Below are positions 43,754 through 52,613 of a stretch of 64,000 nucleotides of DNA, one piece after another. The notes beneath the pieces are model-generated. The model was not told the origin of the DNA and did not search any database. It saw only the letters and a list, made by a program, of their open reading frames with translations. Position numbers and translations under genes: made by a program. Each line of letters starts with the position of its first letter. Position 1 is the first letter of the stretch. The DNA comes from a virus, in IMG/VR virus record IMGVR_UViG_3300032334_001923, positions 1 through 64,000 of that record; one strand, written 5' to 3'.

Positions 43754-46360
43754 ATGCTAGTAATTTATCCTGCCAATGGCGATTATAAGAAGGGTGGAGA
43801 TTTCCCCATTGTTGCGGTACCTACCGACATGGAGGGGGCAAATCAGATGGAACTTAATGATTTCCAGTGGTGGTCATATTCTGAAGATTTCCAGAAATGG
43901 CTCAAAGAAAACCCGAGAGAATGGACAGCAGAATCTCTAGTTCAAGAGCCTGATGCCGAGGGATGGTTACAGATGCTAAAAGAGAGTCATAACCAAAGAT
44001 TATTAAGTAGCATTTCGGAGGATAAAAAAGTTTCAAGTTTTGGAGAATTCACTGCCATTAACGAAGAGAATGAAAAGGTTGCTTCAAAGGAAGAAGGAAA
44101 GGACGGTGTTAAATTGCACTATGCTTATAACAAGCTACTTACCTCAAATAAGCTAGAGTCAGAATTTAAAGTTAGTGCTGTTAATGAGGAGAAGGGAGTT
44201 TTTCTTTGTTTGGAAGATCCTCAAAGTGGACAAAACATAGAAGAGACCCTTTATGCCTTAAAGATGAGTCCGATCTCAGTTGGCTCTACATCTAAAGTAA
44301 AGATATTCAATGTGGAAGAAACTCTTCCGGGTGGAAAACTTGCAGAGGATGCAAATCCGGATAGCCTAGGAGAATGGGTTATTGATAACGGTAAAAAAGT
44401 GGTTCAGTATGGTATAGCAGGGGCTGCTTTATATGGTGGTCTAAAAGTAGCTGGTGTAGTTGGGGGAGCAATAGGACTTAGAGCTGTAGGTAGAAGCCTT
44501 ACAGGTGGAGCTAGCAAAAAAGCTTTAGGTGAGATACTTAAAAGACTTGGAGGTGAAGCAGCAGCAGAAACGGGAGCAGTCACCCAAACTTCAAGAGGAG
44601 TATTTTCAAGAATAGCATCAGGAACCACCAGTGGTTTTAAAACGTTTTTTGGAACACCCGTTTCCGCAGTTGTTGCAACAGGGGCTGGTCTAAAATCAGC
44701 AGTTCAGGCGGCAAAAGCAGGAACTGGGGTTCTTGCAGGATTTAGCTCTGGAATGAAAACTTCTTTACAGGCAGCATCGCAAGCCGGTAAATTCAATCCT
44801 TGGGTACTTCTAGTTCAAGCAGTTATGGCAGGGCAAAAACTTTGGAACTGGTTTAGTAGCAATCAAGCTCCTAGATATGCACAGGTTGAGGATTTTGCAT
44901 TTGGTAACTTTAAACCTTCTGAGATCAAAATAGGCGTTCCTATCACTATTTGTTGGACGCAAGAAGCAGGAGGGGTATGGGGAGCTTTAAGTTGGATTGG
45001 TTTGGGTAACGATACAAGAACAACAATGGAGATCGTGAAGATCGCAGATGTCGGAGGGAATTCAATTTTCATCTTACTACAGGTTAACTCTAAGAACATG
45101 AGCAAACAGCTTCAAGAGCACGATTTAACCCTAGTATCTTTTGCTGACACAGAAAACTTCGAAAGAGGATATCTTGATAATGATGACTTAGAATTGAAGA
45201 TCAAGACAATAGACGGTCTTTCAAATTTAACTTCTGTTTATAATTTCATGGGCGCTTGCGCATGGAATGAGATAGTTACTACATGGCAGGGATCTTCGAG
45301 CCAGTACATAGAATCCGATGATGCTGCTCCCGATAAATACTCTTTTTATTTTAGTGACTCTGAAGATAATATAATTAACGTGCTAGGGACTAAGGTTACT
45401 AGCGAGGATTTGTCCAAGTTTAACGATAAAGACATGGCTGATCTTTTTCAAATAGATAAGGTTAAAGGTGATATAGGTCCTAAAGACGTGGATAAGAGAG
45501 AGTCAGAGGTAGAGGTTGAAAAAGCCACAGAATCTTTATGGAACTCTCCTGAGAATAAAAAGCTTCTCGAGGGCCAAGTTATAACATCCTTTTCAGACTT
45601 TAATAAGATTACAAGCGGAGGTATATTTGAGGTTGAAGCTGTTAAAGACCCAGGAGAGGGTGAGGAAGCAGCAGATACTAAGAAGGATCAAAAATACATA
45701 GGATTAACCCCTGAAGAAAAAACAGATCCTGCTAAAGTTGCTGTTTATCTTGTAACTGCTAAAGAGTATGCAAACCCTGAGCTTAGAGGAAAATACTCAA
45801 CTGGGAAGTTCACCAACTTCATGATTTCTAAAAAAGATTACGATGCAAAAGACGGGGAACAAATCGATGTTGAACCAAACACAACTGAGCCTATAGACGA
45901 CGCTAAAGCAGGAGTTTATAAGTTCAAAAAGGAAGAAGAAGCCCCAGTAAAAACCCAACCGATTGTTAAAGACGAGGAGGGTGAGAAGGATCAGGAAGAA
46001 GGCACAGAAGGACCTAAGAAAGACGACTATTACATCACGGTGGATCCTAATGATGTTGAGATTAAGAATAAAAAATCTTCATCTGTAATAAGGGATAAAT
46101 CAGTAGAGGGAGGCGTTAATATCTTTGATGAATTCCTTACCGATAATGACAAAGAAATCCTTAAAATTGAAAACTGGAAGACAGTAACTTTTGTTAAAGA
46201 ATTCTACGATAACAGAGGTGACATTATAGAAGTTAAGATAATGAACAGATATGCTCCATGGGGAGATAGAAAGAGAAGATACAAAGCCACAGACGGAGAG
46301 CAGTTTGAATTGGCTAAAAAATTCGCTTCTGAAGTGAAAGATAGGATAAAATACGAGTAA
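43754..46360 (+). CDS. Large hypothetical internal virion protein with Gly/Ala-rich hydrophobic region
   Basis: VVQYGIAGAALYGGLKVAGVVGGAIG...; internal SFGEFTAINEE motif. Confidence 0.5.
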   Translation: MLVIYPANGDYKKGGDFPIVAVPTDMEGANQMELNDFQWWSYSEDFQKWLKENPREWTAESLVQEPDAEGWLQMLKESHNQRLLSSISEDKKVSSFGEFTAINEENEKVASKEEGKDGVKLHYAYNKLLTSNKLESEFKVSAVNEEKGVFLCLEDPQSGQNIEETLYALKMSPISVGSTSKVKIFNVEETLPGGKLAEDANPDSLGEWVIDNGKKVVQYGIAGAALYGGLKVAGVVGGAIGLRAVGRSLTGGASKKALGEILKRLGGEAAAETGAVTQTSRGVFSRIASGTTSGFKTFFGTPVSAVVATGAGLKSAVQAAKAGTGVLAGFSSGMKTSLQAASQAGKFNPWVLLVQAVMAGQKLWNWFSSNQAPRYAQVEDFAFGNFKPSEIKIGVPITICWTQEAGGVWGALSWIGLGNDTRTTMEIVKIADVGGNSIFILLQVNSKNMSKQLQEHDLTLVSFADTENFERGYLDNDDLELKIKTIDGLSNLTSVYNFMGACAWNEIVTTWQGSSSQYIESDDAAPDKYSFYFSDSEDNIINVLGTKVTSEDLSKFNDKDMADLFQIDKVKGDIGPKDVDKRESEVEVEKATESLWNSPENKKLLEGQVITSFSDFNKITSGGIFEVEAVKDPGEGEEAADTKKDQKYIGLTPEEKTDPAKVAVYLVTAKEYANPELRGKYSTGKFTNFMISKKDYDAKDGEQIDVEPNTTEPIDDAKAGVYKFKKEEEAPVKTQPIVKDEEGEKDQEEGTEGPKKDDYYITVDPNDVEIKNKKSSSVIRDKSVEGGVNIFDEFLTDNDKEILKIENWKTVTFVKEFYDNRGDIIEVKIMNRYAPWGDRKRRYKATDGEQFELAKKFASEVKDRIKYE

Positions 46361-46386
46361 AATCCAAAAAAATGAAAAAATCTTTC

Positions 46387-46394
46387 GATATATA
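46387..46394 (+). promoter_or_regulatory. Putative late promoter GATATATA
   Basis: 27 nt before ATG 46422. Confidence 0.75.
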
Positions 46395-46421
46395 AGAAAT
46401 AGATAAAAGTCGTAAAAAAAA

Positions 46422-48422
46422 ATGACAAGAACTCAGACAAATACACTAAACGAACAAATGGTCTTCATCCTGGAAAAACAGGATTATGTCCTTGAGTCTA
46501 AAAAGGGCGAGGGCAATGACTATGTTCTGGAGGGTATAGCAGCGGTATTCGGTCAGGAGAACAACAATCATAGAATCTATGAGGAAAACGAATATCTCCC
46601 GCACCTAGATTACCTTAAGGAGAAGATAGCTCAAAAGAGACTTCTAGGAGAGCTAGATCACCCAGAAAAATTCGATGTTTCTCTTAAGAACATCTCTCAC
46701 ATTATCACATCTCTTGATTACGACAAGTCTTCAAGAACCCTTAAGATTAAGGTTAAGCTTTTAGATACTCCAGCAGGAGATATAGCTAGAAAGCTAGTTG
46801 ATGCGGGAGTTCCTCTTTCGATATCATCTAGAGCAGCAGGATCTGTTGGAAACGATAAGAAGGTTCAGATCAAGAAGATCTTTACTTATGATCTAGTAGC
46901 AGATCCGGGATTTCAGGATGCTCAGCTTAAAAGAGTTTACGAAAGCGCAGGCTACTCTGAAGAGCAATTCGACACCTATAAAAAACAAAGCATAGTAAAT
47001 AGTCTTGAGTGTTTAAACGAATCTTTAGGTATAAAAAATGAATCTACCTTGAAGATATATAAAGTTGAAAACACAGAGGAGTTTAACAGCATTATAAAAC
47101 AAACAGATAAAAATAAGAAAATCCTTATGGAGAATAACGAATTTGTTACTGCAGAAGAACTAAATCAATATTCAGTTTTCCTGAAGAAGGAAATGGATTC
47201 GATGAGATCTACGATAGCAGACATAAAACAACAAAAAACCGCTCTTACAGAGTCTAACGAAGGTGAAGGTTCTACGGAAGAGTTTGAAGCTAGAATCGCT
47301 AAGCTTGAGAAGTATTCAGGATATCTAGCAGAGAATCTAGAAAACGCTATCAAATACGGAGATTATCTAGCAGAAAATCTTGACAAGAGCATCAACTACA
47401 GTAAATACTTAGCTGAGAATCTTGATAAGAATATTTCTTATTCTAAATATATTGCTGAGAACGTAGACAAGTCTATTTCTTACACTGAATATGTTGCTGA
47501 AAGCGTGGATCAGAATATCGAGTATTCTAAATACATCGCAGAAAAACTTGATCAAAATATTCAATATTCAGAGTACCTAGCAGAAAACGTTGATAAAGGA
47601 ATTCAATATTCAGAGTACCTAGCAGAAAACGTTGATAAAAACATTGCTTATTCTGAGTACATCGGAGAAAATCTTGAAAAAGGAATAGCTTATACTGAAT
47701 ACGTTGCTGAAAAACTTAACAATGGAATTGATTACACAGAATACGTTGCTGAGAATCTGAACAAATCTATCGAATATACCGATTACCTAGCAGAAAATCT
47801 AAATAAAGGAATTGATTACACAGAATACGTTGCTGAGAAACTTAACAAAGGTATCGCTTATTCAGAGTATATCGCAGAATCTCTTGCTAGTGGAAAATTA
47901 GCTAAACAAGAGACTTCTTCATTAAGAGAAAGTGCAGAATTTAGCGCTATTTCAGATCTTAACGAATCAGGATTTGCAGGAAACTATGCAGATCTTACAT
48001 CAAAAATCGACTCACTAATAGAATCAGTTAAAACCCAAAAAACTGAGAGTAATATAAACGAGGCAGCTAAGAGATTAGCTCCAGCCGAAACACAAAAGGC
48101 AGAAGTTCTTAACGAATCAGAGAACACTAACAAATCAGGACTTAAATTCATTGATGAAATGCCTGAAGAATACGCTCCGGTTTGGGAGTCTCTAAACGAA
48201 GCACACAAGCAATCAATCATTGCTCAGTCTAACTTCTACAGATTAGAAACCCCTTATCAGATCAAAAACTTCTGGTCAACACGCCAACTTGGAGCTAAAC
48301 CGGTTGGAGTTCAAAAATTAGAAGAGAACGAAAACATCTCAGAAAGCGCTAAAGCTCAAGCTTACTCTAACGAGTATATGCAGCACATCGCTTCTGCACT
48401 GGAAAAGAAATTCCAAAAATAA
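46422..48422 (+). CDS. gp21: Prohead protease (gp21) fused to scaffold/core protein (gp22-like)
   Basis: LEGI, NHRIY, LGELDHP, ISSRAAG, TYDLVADPGF, then a long coiled-coil repeat region. Confidence 0.9.
   Translation: MTRTQTNTLNEQMVFILEKQDYVLESKKGEGNDYVLEGIAAVFGQENNNHRIYEENEYLPHLDYLKEKIAQKRLLGELDHPEKFDVSLKNISHIITSLDYDKSSRTLKIKVKLLDTPAGDIARKLVDAGVPLSISSRAAGSVGNDKKVQIKKIFTYDLVADPGFQDAQLKRVYESAGYSEEQFDTYKKQSIVNSLECLNESLGIKNESTLKIYKVENTEEFNSIIKQTDKNKKILMENNEFVTAEELNQYSVFLKKEMDSMRSTIADIKQQKTALTESNEGEGSTEEFEARIAKLEKYSGYLAENLENAIKYGDYLAENLDKSINYSKYLAENLDKNISYSKYIAENVDKSISYTEYVAESVDQNIEYSKYIAEKLDQNIQYSEYLAENVDKGIQYSEYLAENVDKNIAYSEYIGENLEKGIAYTEYVAEKLNNGIDYTEYVAENLNKSIEYTDYLAENLNKGIDYTEYVAEKLNKGIAYSEYIAESLASGKLAKQETSSLRESAEFSAISDLNESGFAGNYADLTSKIDSLIESVKTQKTESNINEAAKRLAPAETQKAEVLNESENTNKSGLKFIDEMPEEYAPVWESLNEAHKQSIIAQSNFYRLETPYQIKNFWSTRQLGAKPVGVQKLEENENISESAKAQAYSNEYMQHIASALEKKFQK
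47054..47061 (+). promoter_or_regulatory. Putative gene-internal late promoter for a nested scaffold ORF
   Basis: GATATATA 65 nt before the in-frame ATG 47127, which has an A-rich leader. Confidence 0.5.
47127..48422 (+). CDS. Putative nested in-frame scaffold protein (431 aa, MENNEFV...)
   Basis: In-frame ATG just after the protease domain, with its own late promoter motif. Confidence 0.45.
   Translation: MENNEFVTAEELNQYSVFLKKEMDSMRSTIADIKQQKTALTESNEGEGSTEEFEARIAKLEKYSGYLAENLENAIKYGDYLAENLDKSINYSKYLAENLDKNISYSKYIAENVDKSISYTEYVAESVDQNIEYSKYIAEKLDQNIQYSEYLAENVDKGIQYSEYLAENVDKNIAYSEYIGENLEKGIAYTEYVAEKLNNGIDYTEYVAENLNKSIEYTDYLAENLNKGIDYTEYVAEKLNKGIAYSEYIAESLASGKLAKQETSSLRESAEFSAISDLNESGFAGNYADLTSKIDSLIESVKTQKTESNINEAAKRLAPAETQKAEVLNESENTNKSGLKFIDEMPEEYAPVWESLNEAHKQSIIAQSNFYRLETPYQIKNFWSTRQLGAKPVGVQKLEENENISESAKAQAYSNEYMQHIASALEKKFQK
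47313..47885 (+). repeat. 14 tandem 42-nt (14-aa) coding repeats Y(S/T)xY(L/I/V)AExLxKxIx
   Basis: 13 full units plus 1 partial; exact 39-nt duplicate at 47559..47597 and 47601..47639. Confidence 0.95.
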
Positions 48423-48451
48423 CTAAAAACTAAAAAAAATAACGAAAAATC

Positions 48452-50173
48452 ATGAAATTGATTAACGAACAAGAAATCTATAGTACCTGGGCGCCTCTAA
48501 TTGAGAGCAAAGCTGGTATTACAGATGAAAGCAAAAAAGGATGGTTGACTAAATATTGTCACTACCATTCATTAAACGAATCTGCTGGTGCTTATAACAC
48601 TCTAGGTGTTGTAAACGGTATGGGTGCTGTTCAAGCTCCTCTATTCCCTGGTGCTAGCTATCCTGGTGTTGCAACTATCGGAACTGGCGCAAACGCTAAC
48701 TTCTATAACGCTGCTTACCAAGGATCAGGCGATAAATTCCCTTCACTTCTTCCTTTAGCTATTCAAGTAGCTGCGAAGACTGTTGGTTTTGATATCGTTC
48801 CTGTTATCCCTATGTCAGGTCCTACTGGTATCCTTTCTTACCTTGACTATGTTTACGCTGGTGGTAAAATTGCTGGTGCTACTTCAGGTACTTCAGGTGC
48901 TGACTTAGCTGATGCTCCTTCAATGATTAAGTTTGGTGCTTACGGAGCAACCGGTACTACTGGTCTTACAGCTGGTGTACTTGCAGTTGGAACAACTTAC
49001 TACATTGGGACTGCTTCTGCTACTGTAAAGATCACAAGTAAATTTGTTGGACTTTCAAGAATCGATGGTAATCCAATCTTCCAAATCACTGATATTGCTA
49101 ACGGGTATAACGTTGCTGATATCGTAGTTGCTGGTGCTTTTGTTTCTACAGCCACTACACCTATTTCAGCTACCGCTGCAGCTACGGTCAATACTCCTGC
49201 TGCATTGGTAAAAGCTCTTGAAGATCACATCCAAGGTTTCTCTGGTGCTGGTTTCAACAACGACCAAAACTGGCAAGGACCATACGTTGATGGTACTAAA
49301 ACTTACAACCCAATGTTAAGAGGTGTTGCTGAGTCTAGCTACTACAACTCAATGGGTCTTTCTACTTTCACTAAGTTCGTAGAAGCTGAGACTTTCCAAG
49401 TTGCTGCTTCAGTTACAACTGAGCAAATTCAAGACCTTAACAAGCAATTCGGTATCGACGTTATCTCAATGATCGAGAACGCACTTGTTAACGAGGTTTC
49501 ACAAGCTATCAACAAGCACATCTTAGCAAGAGCATTCGCTCTAGGTTGGTCTAACCACGTAACATTCAACAACGTAGAAGGTCAAAACCTAAATCTTAAC
49601 CTTTCAACTAACTCTGCATCTAACACTTCAGCTTATGTTGGTAAAGATGATGTTGGTGTTTCAATGGCTGTACCTGGACAAATTTCTACTCAAACTTTTG
49701 AGAACCAATCAACTCTACAAAGAAGATTATTCTCTAGAATCTTGGCTGCTGCTAACGTAGTTGCTAATAGAGGTAGAAGAGGTCCTGCTAACTTCCTTAT
49801 TACTAATGCTAATATCGCAAGTGCGCTTCAAGACATCTCTCAATTCACTTTCGCTCCGTTCTCTAACACTTTAACTCAAAACAACGGTACACTTTATCCT
49901 GTAGGTTCTCTTGCTGGTATGACAGTATACGTTGACCAAAACATGAGCTACAACGATACAAGAATCTGCGTTGGTAGAAAAGGTGGTGATGACGAACCAG
50001 GACTTAAGTTTATGCCTTACATGATGGCTGAATCAATTCAGACTATCTCTGAAGGTACAATGTCACCAAAAATCGCGGTTAAATCTAGATACGCTCTAGT
50101 AGAAGCTGGTTTCTTACCTGAAACTATGTACTTAACATTCTATGTTAACGTGCCTGCTAGCGGTATCGTTTAA
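48452..50173 (+). CDS. gp23: Major capsid protein
   Basis: PVIPMSGPTG, EAETFQVAASVTTEQIQDL..FGID, NEVSQAIN, GPANFLI, KSRYAL. Confidence 0.93.
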   Translation: MKLINEQEIYSTWAPLIESKAGITDESKKGWLTKYCHYHSLNESAGAYNTLGVVNGMGAVQAPLFPGASYPGVATIGTGANANFYNAAYQGSGDKFPSLLPLAIQVAAKTVGFDIVPVIPMSGPTGILSYLDYVYAGGKIAGATSGTSGADLADAPSMIKFGAYGATGTTGLTAGVLAVGTTYYIGTASATVKITSKFVGLSRIDGNPIFQITDIANGYNVADIVVAGAFVSTATTPISATAAATVNTPAALVKALEDHIQGFSGAGFNNDQNWQGPYVDGTKTYNPMLRGVAESSYYNSMGLSTFTKFVEAETFQVAASVTTEQIQDLNKQFGIDVISMIENALVNEVSQAINKHILARAFALGWSNHVTFNNVEGQNLNLNLSTNSASNTSAYVGKDDVGVSMAVPGQISTQTFENQSTLQRRLFSRILAAANVVANRGRRGPANFLITNANIASALQDISQFTFAPFSNTLTQNNGTLYPVGSLAGMTVYVDQNMSYNDTRICVGRKGGDDEPGLKFMPYMMAESIQTISEGTMSPKIAVKSRYALVEAGFLPETMYLTFYVNVPASGIV

Positions 50174-50194
50174 TCCTAACGATTAACAATATCC

Positions 50195-50226
50195 AAAAAA
50201 CCCTAGGTTTACCTAGGGTTTTTTTT
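50195..50226 (+). terminator. Intrinsic terminator after the capsid gene
   Basis: AAAAAACCCTAGGT-TT-ACCTAGGGTTTTTT. Confidence 0.9.
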
Positions 50227-50258
50227 GTGTCTATGCTAAAGATAAAAATCACAGGATG

Positions 50259-50266
50259 GATATATA
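50259..50266 (+). promoter_or_regulatory. Putative late promoter GATATATA
   Basis: 23 nt before ATG 50290. Confidence 0.7.
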
Positions 50267-50289
50267 CAGAGTAAAATAGAATAGTATTT

Positions 50290-51438
50290 ATGAAAAATTT
50301 ACCCTCTTTTAATGAATTTAAAAAATTCGAGGATTTTCTTGAAACGTCTGATGCAGAACTAATCAGGGAGTTTGAAGAGCTAGAAAAGTCAGAGCCTTTT
50401 CACACCCTAAACGAGGGTGGATTTTTGGACCATATAAAGAATAAGCTTTCTAAGTTTTTCTTGGGCTCTCTTTCCAGAGTTGGTATGCTAGATCAGGCAA
50501 GAAAGGCTTTAGTTGATCTTGAGATAGATGCAATAGAAAAGAAGAGCGAATTCGAGGAGAGCATGGAAAAATTGGATTCCCAGATAGATGCTTTATCTAA
50601 GATAGAAGATAAAGACAGAATAGAAGCTCTTAGAAAGGATAGAGAATCTAAGATAAAAGAACAAGAAGCTTATATAAAATCTCAAAGACTTAAGATTAAA
50701 AAAGCCCACGATTTTGTGGAAAAAGTAATAGACGGCAACACCAGAAGGAGAGAGTATTATGAAGCGGGAAGAGCAGATGATGAAATCGGATTAGCTGAGC
50801 TTAACTATCTTTTGGCAAAGAAAAAATTTGACACCTCGGAGATAGCAAAATATGAGGAAGCTATTAAAAAAGCCAAAGCTAATGCAGAGGCTAAAGCTGA
50901 AAAACTGGAGAACAGATCTGAAGAAAATTCTAAGGACGATGCAGAAAAAATATCAGTTGACACCAAGTTAGATCCAGAAAAAGAGAAGAGGAAACTAACA
51001 ACGAGAAGAGGTAAAGATATCATTTCTAGAAAAAATGAACTAGAGAAAGATATAGTGGATCTTAAATCTGCCTTAGAGAGAAAACTTAAAGGTCTTGAAT
51101 TAAAATCTAAAAAAGGAAAGGAATTTACCACTAAAGAGATAACTAAGATTAGAATAGAACTTTTAGAGATAAGCTCTGCTTTAGACGCTAAAATAAATCT
51201 TCTTAAAGCTTTGAGAGATCTTGGTAAAACTGAAGAAGAGATCAGTAAGAAAATCAAAAAAGAATCTGAGATTACTAAATTAAGTGCTCAAGTTAATAAA
51301 AGCATAGTGGACGGACAAGATGCTAACACAGGAACTAAGAAATTAGTCGCCGATATTTTTTCAACTATATCTAAAGACGGAAGAGGAAAGATCTCATCGG
51401 AGAAGATAAAAAATGCTATTAATAAAATAAATAAGTAA
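50290..51438 (+). CDS. Coiled-coil putative internal head protein
   Basis: MKNLPSFNEF N-terminus, TLNE site; paralogous to the next gene. Confidence 0.5.
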   Translation: MKNLPSFNEFKKFEDFLETSDAELIREFEELEKSEPFHTLNEGGFLDHIKNKLSKFFLGSLSRVGMLDQARKALVDLEIDAIEKKSEFEESMEKLDSQIDALSKIEDKDRIEALRKDRESKIKEQEAYIKSQRLKIKKAHDFVEKVIDGNTRRREYYEAGRADDEIGLAELNYLLAKKKFDTSEIAKYEEAIKKAKANAEAKAEKLENRSEENSKDDAEKISVDTKLDPEKEKRKLTTRRGKDIISRKNELEKDIVDLKSALERKLKGLELKSKKGKEFTTKEITKIRIELLEISSALDAKINLLKALRDLGKTEEEISKKIKKESEITKLSAQVNKSIVDGQDANTGTKKLVADIFSTISKDGRGKISSEKIKNAINKINK

Positions 51439-51440
51439 TC

Positions 51441-52349
51441 ATGAGTTTGATGAGATTTAAAGAATGGGATGCTATAAACGAAGCTAGTCTTTTTGATAAG
51501 ATCAAGAACTGGTTTAGTGGAAATTTTGGCGGATCCGTAGAGAAAATAGATAGTCTATTAAATGAGTACAGAAGAGCTGAACTCAGATTTGTTGACGAGT
51601 GGGAAGAGATAAGAAAAGAAATAGACAAACTTGAACTTCAGAGATCCCAGGTTAAAAACGACCCTGCAGAGATCAAAAAGATCGATAGATTAATTACAAG
51701 AAACCAACAGGTTATTACTTCATCTTCTAAGGTTCATGAAAAGAAAACCGACGAGATATTTTCAAAAGTAAAAGAAGTAGTTAAAGCCAACAGCAGAATC
51801 GAAAGCTACTGGGAGACTAATAAGATAAGAGTTGATGCTGAGATTGCAGAAGAAATGTACAGAAGAGCTAAAAGATTAACAGATCAGAGTATAGCAGATG
51901 AGCTTTATCGAGATTACAAAGCTGCAGTTTTAAAATCAAGAGAGAAGGACCAGGCATTTAAGGACGAATACGGAAACCTAATCGGTTCAGTTATACCAGA
52001 AAGTCCTAAAGAGTATAAAAATGACTATGATGTTAAATCAAAAGGAGCAACAGAAGCAACTTTTGAATTGCTTTCAAGAATGAGCCTATTGGATTTTGAT
52101 CAGGAAGTTAAGACCCTAGCTAAAGAAGATGCTAAAAGACTAGTATCATATCTCACCAAAGAAAGAAATGATAGATATGTTGCTTTAGATATGGAAAGAG
52201 ACGCCTTGAATTCTCAGATAGAGAAAAGTCCAGACGATCACGAGACCAGAGAATTTGCAGCTAAAAAGATAAAAGAACTTAGAGAAAAATACATGAGCGA
52301 AATTAGAGATCTTAGATCTAAAATAACAGTAGCTAAAAGATATGCTTAA
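51441..52349 (+). CDS. Coiled-coil putative internal head protein
   Basis: MSLMRFKEWDAINEA; FDKIKNWFS aligns with FLDHIKNKLS of the upstream gene. Confidence 0.5.
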   Translation: MSLMRFKEWDAINEASLFDKIKNWFSGNFGGSVEKIDSLLNEYRRAELRFVDEWEEIRKEIDKLELQRSQVKNDPAEIKKIDRLITRNQQVITSSSKVHEKKTDEIFSKVKEVVKANSRIESYWETNKIRVDAEIAEEMYRRAKRLTDQSIADELYRDYKAAVLKSREKDQAFKDEYGNLIGSVIPESPKEYKNDYDVKSKGATEATFELLSRMSLLDFDQEVKTLAKEDAKRLVSYLTKERNDRYVALDMERDALNSQIEKSPDDHETREFAAKKIKELREKYMSEIRDLRSKITVAKRYA

Positions 52350-52602
52350 GTTTAAAGATTTTATCTCGGAAGCGGACAGTCAGAAAACAAAGGTCGATGA
52401 GATAAAACTGGAGCTGTCTAAAAATTTTGACGCCATAAAAGAAGCAAAAAAATTAAAGAAAGCAGGAGATGTTAATTCTGAAATAACCAGCATAAATAAA
52501 CAGGCTGAGTTATATTCGGCAATCTCAAATAATCTAAAGGAATTAGCCACAGAAATGAAAGCCAATCCCGGAGGAAAAGAAGCTAAAACAACTATATACT
52601 AA
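52342..52602 (+). CDS. Small putative internal head protein
   Basis: MLKFKDFISEA N-terminus. Confidence 0.55.
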   Translation: MLKFKDFISEADSQKTKVDEIKLELSKNFDAIKEAKKLKKAGDVNSEITSINKQAELYSAISNNLKELATEMKANPGGKEAKTTIY

Positions 52603-52613
52603 AAAACATAGAA

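Noticed and set aside
47313-47885. CRISPR array
   Set aside because: The 42-nt units are contiguous, in-frame, degenerate coding repeats with no unique spacers
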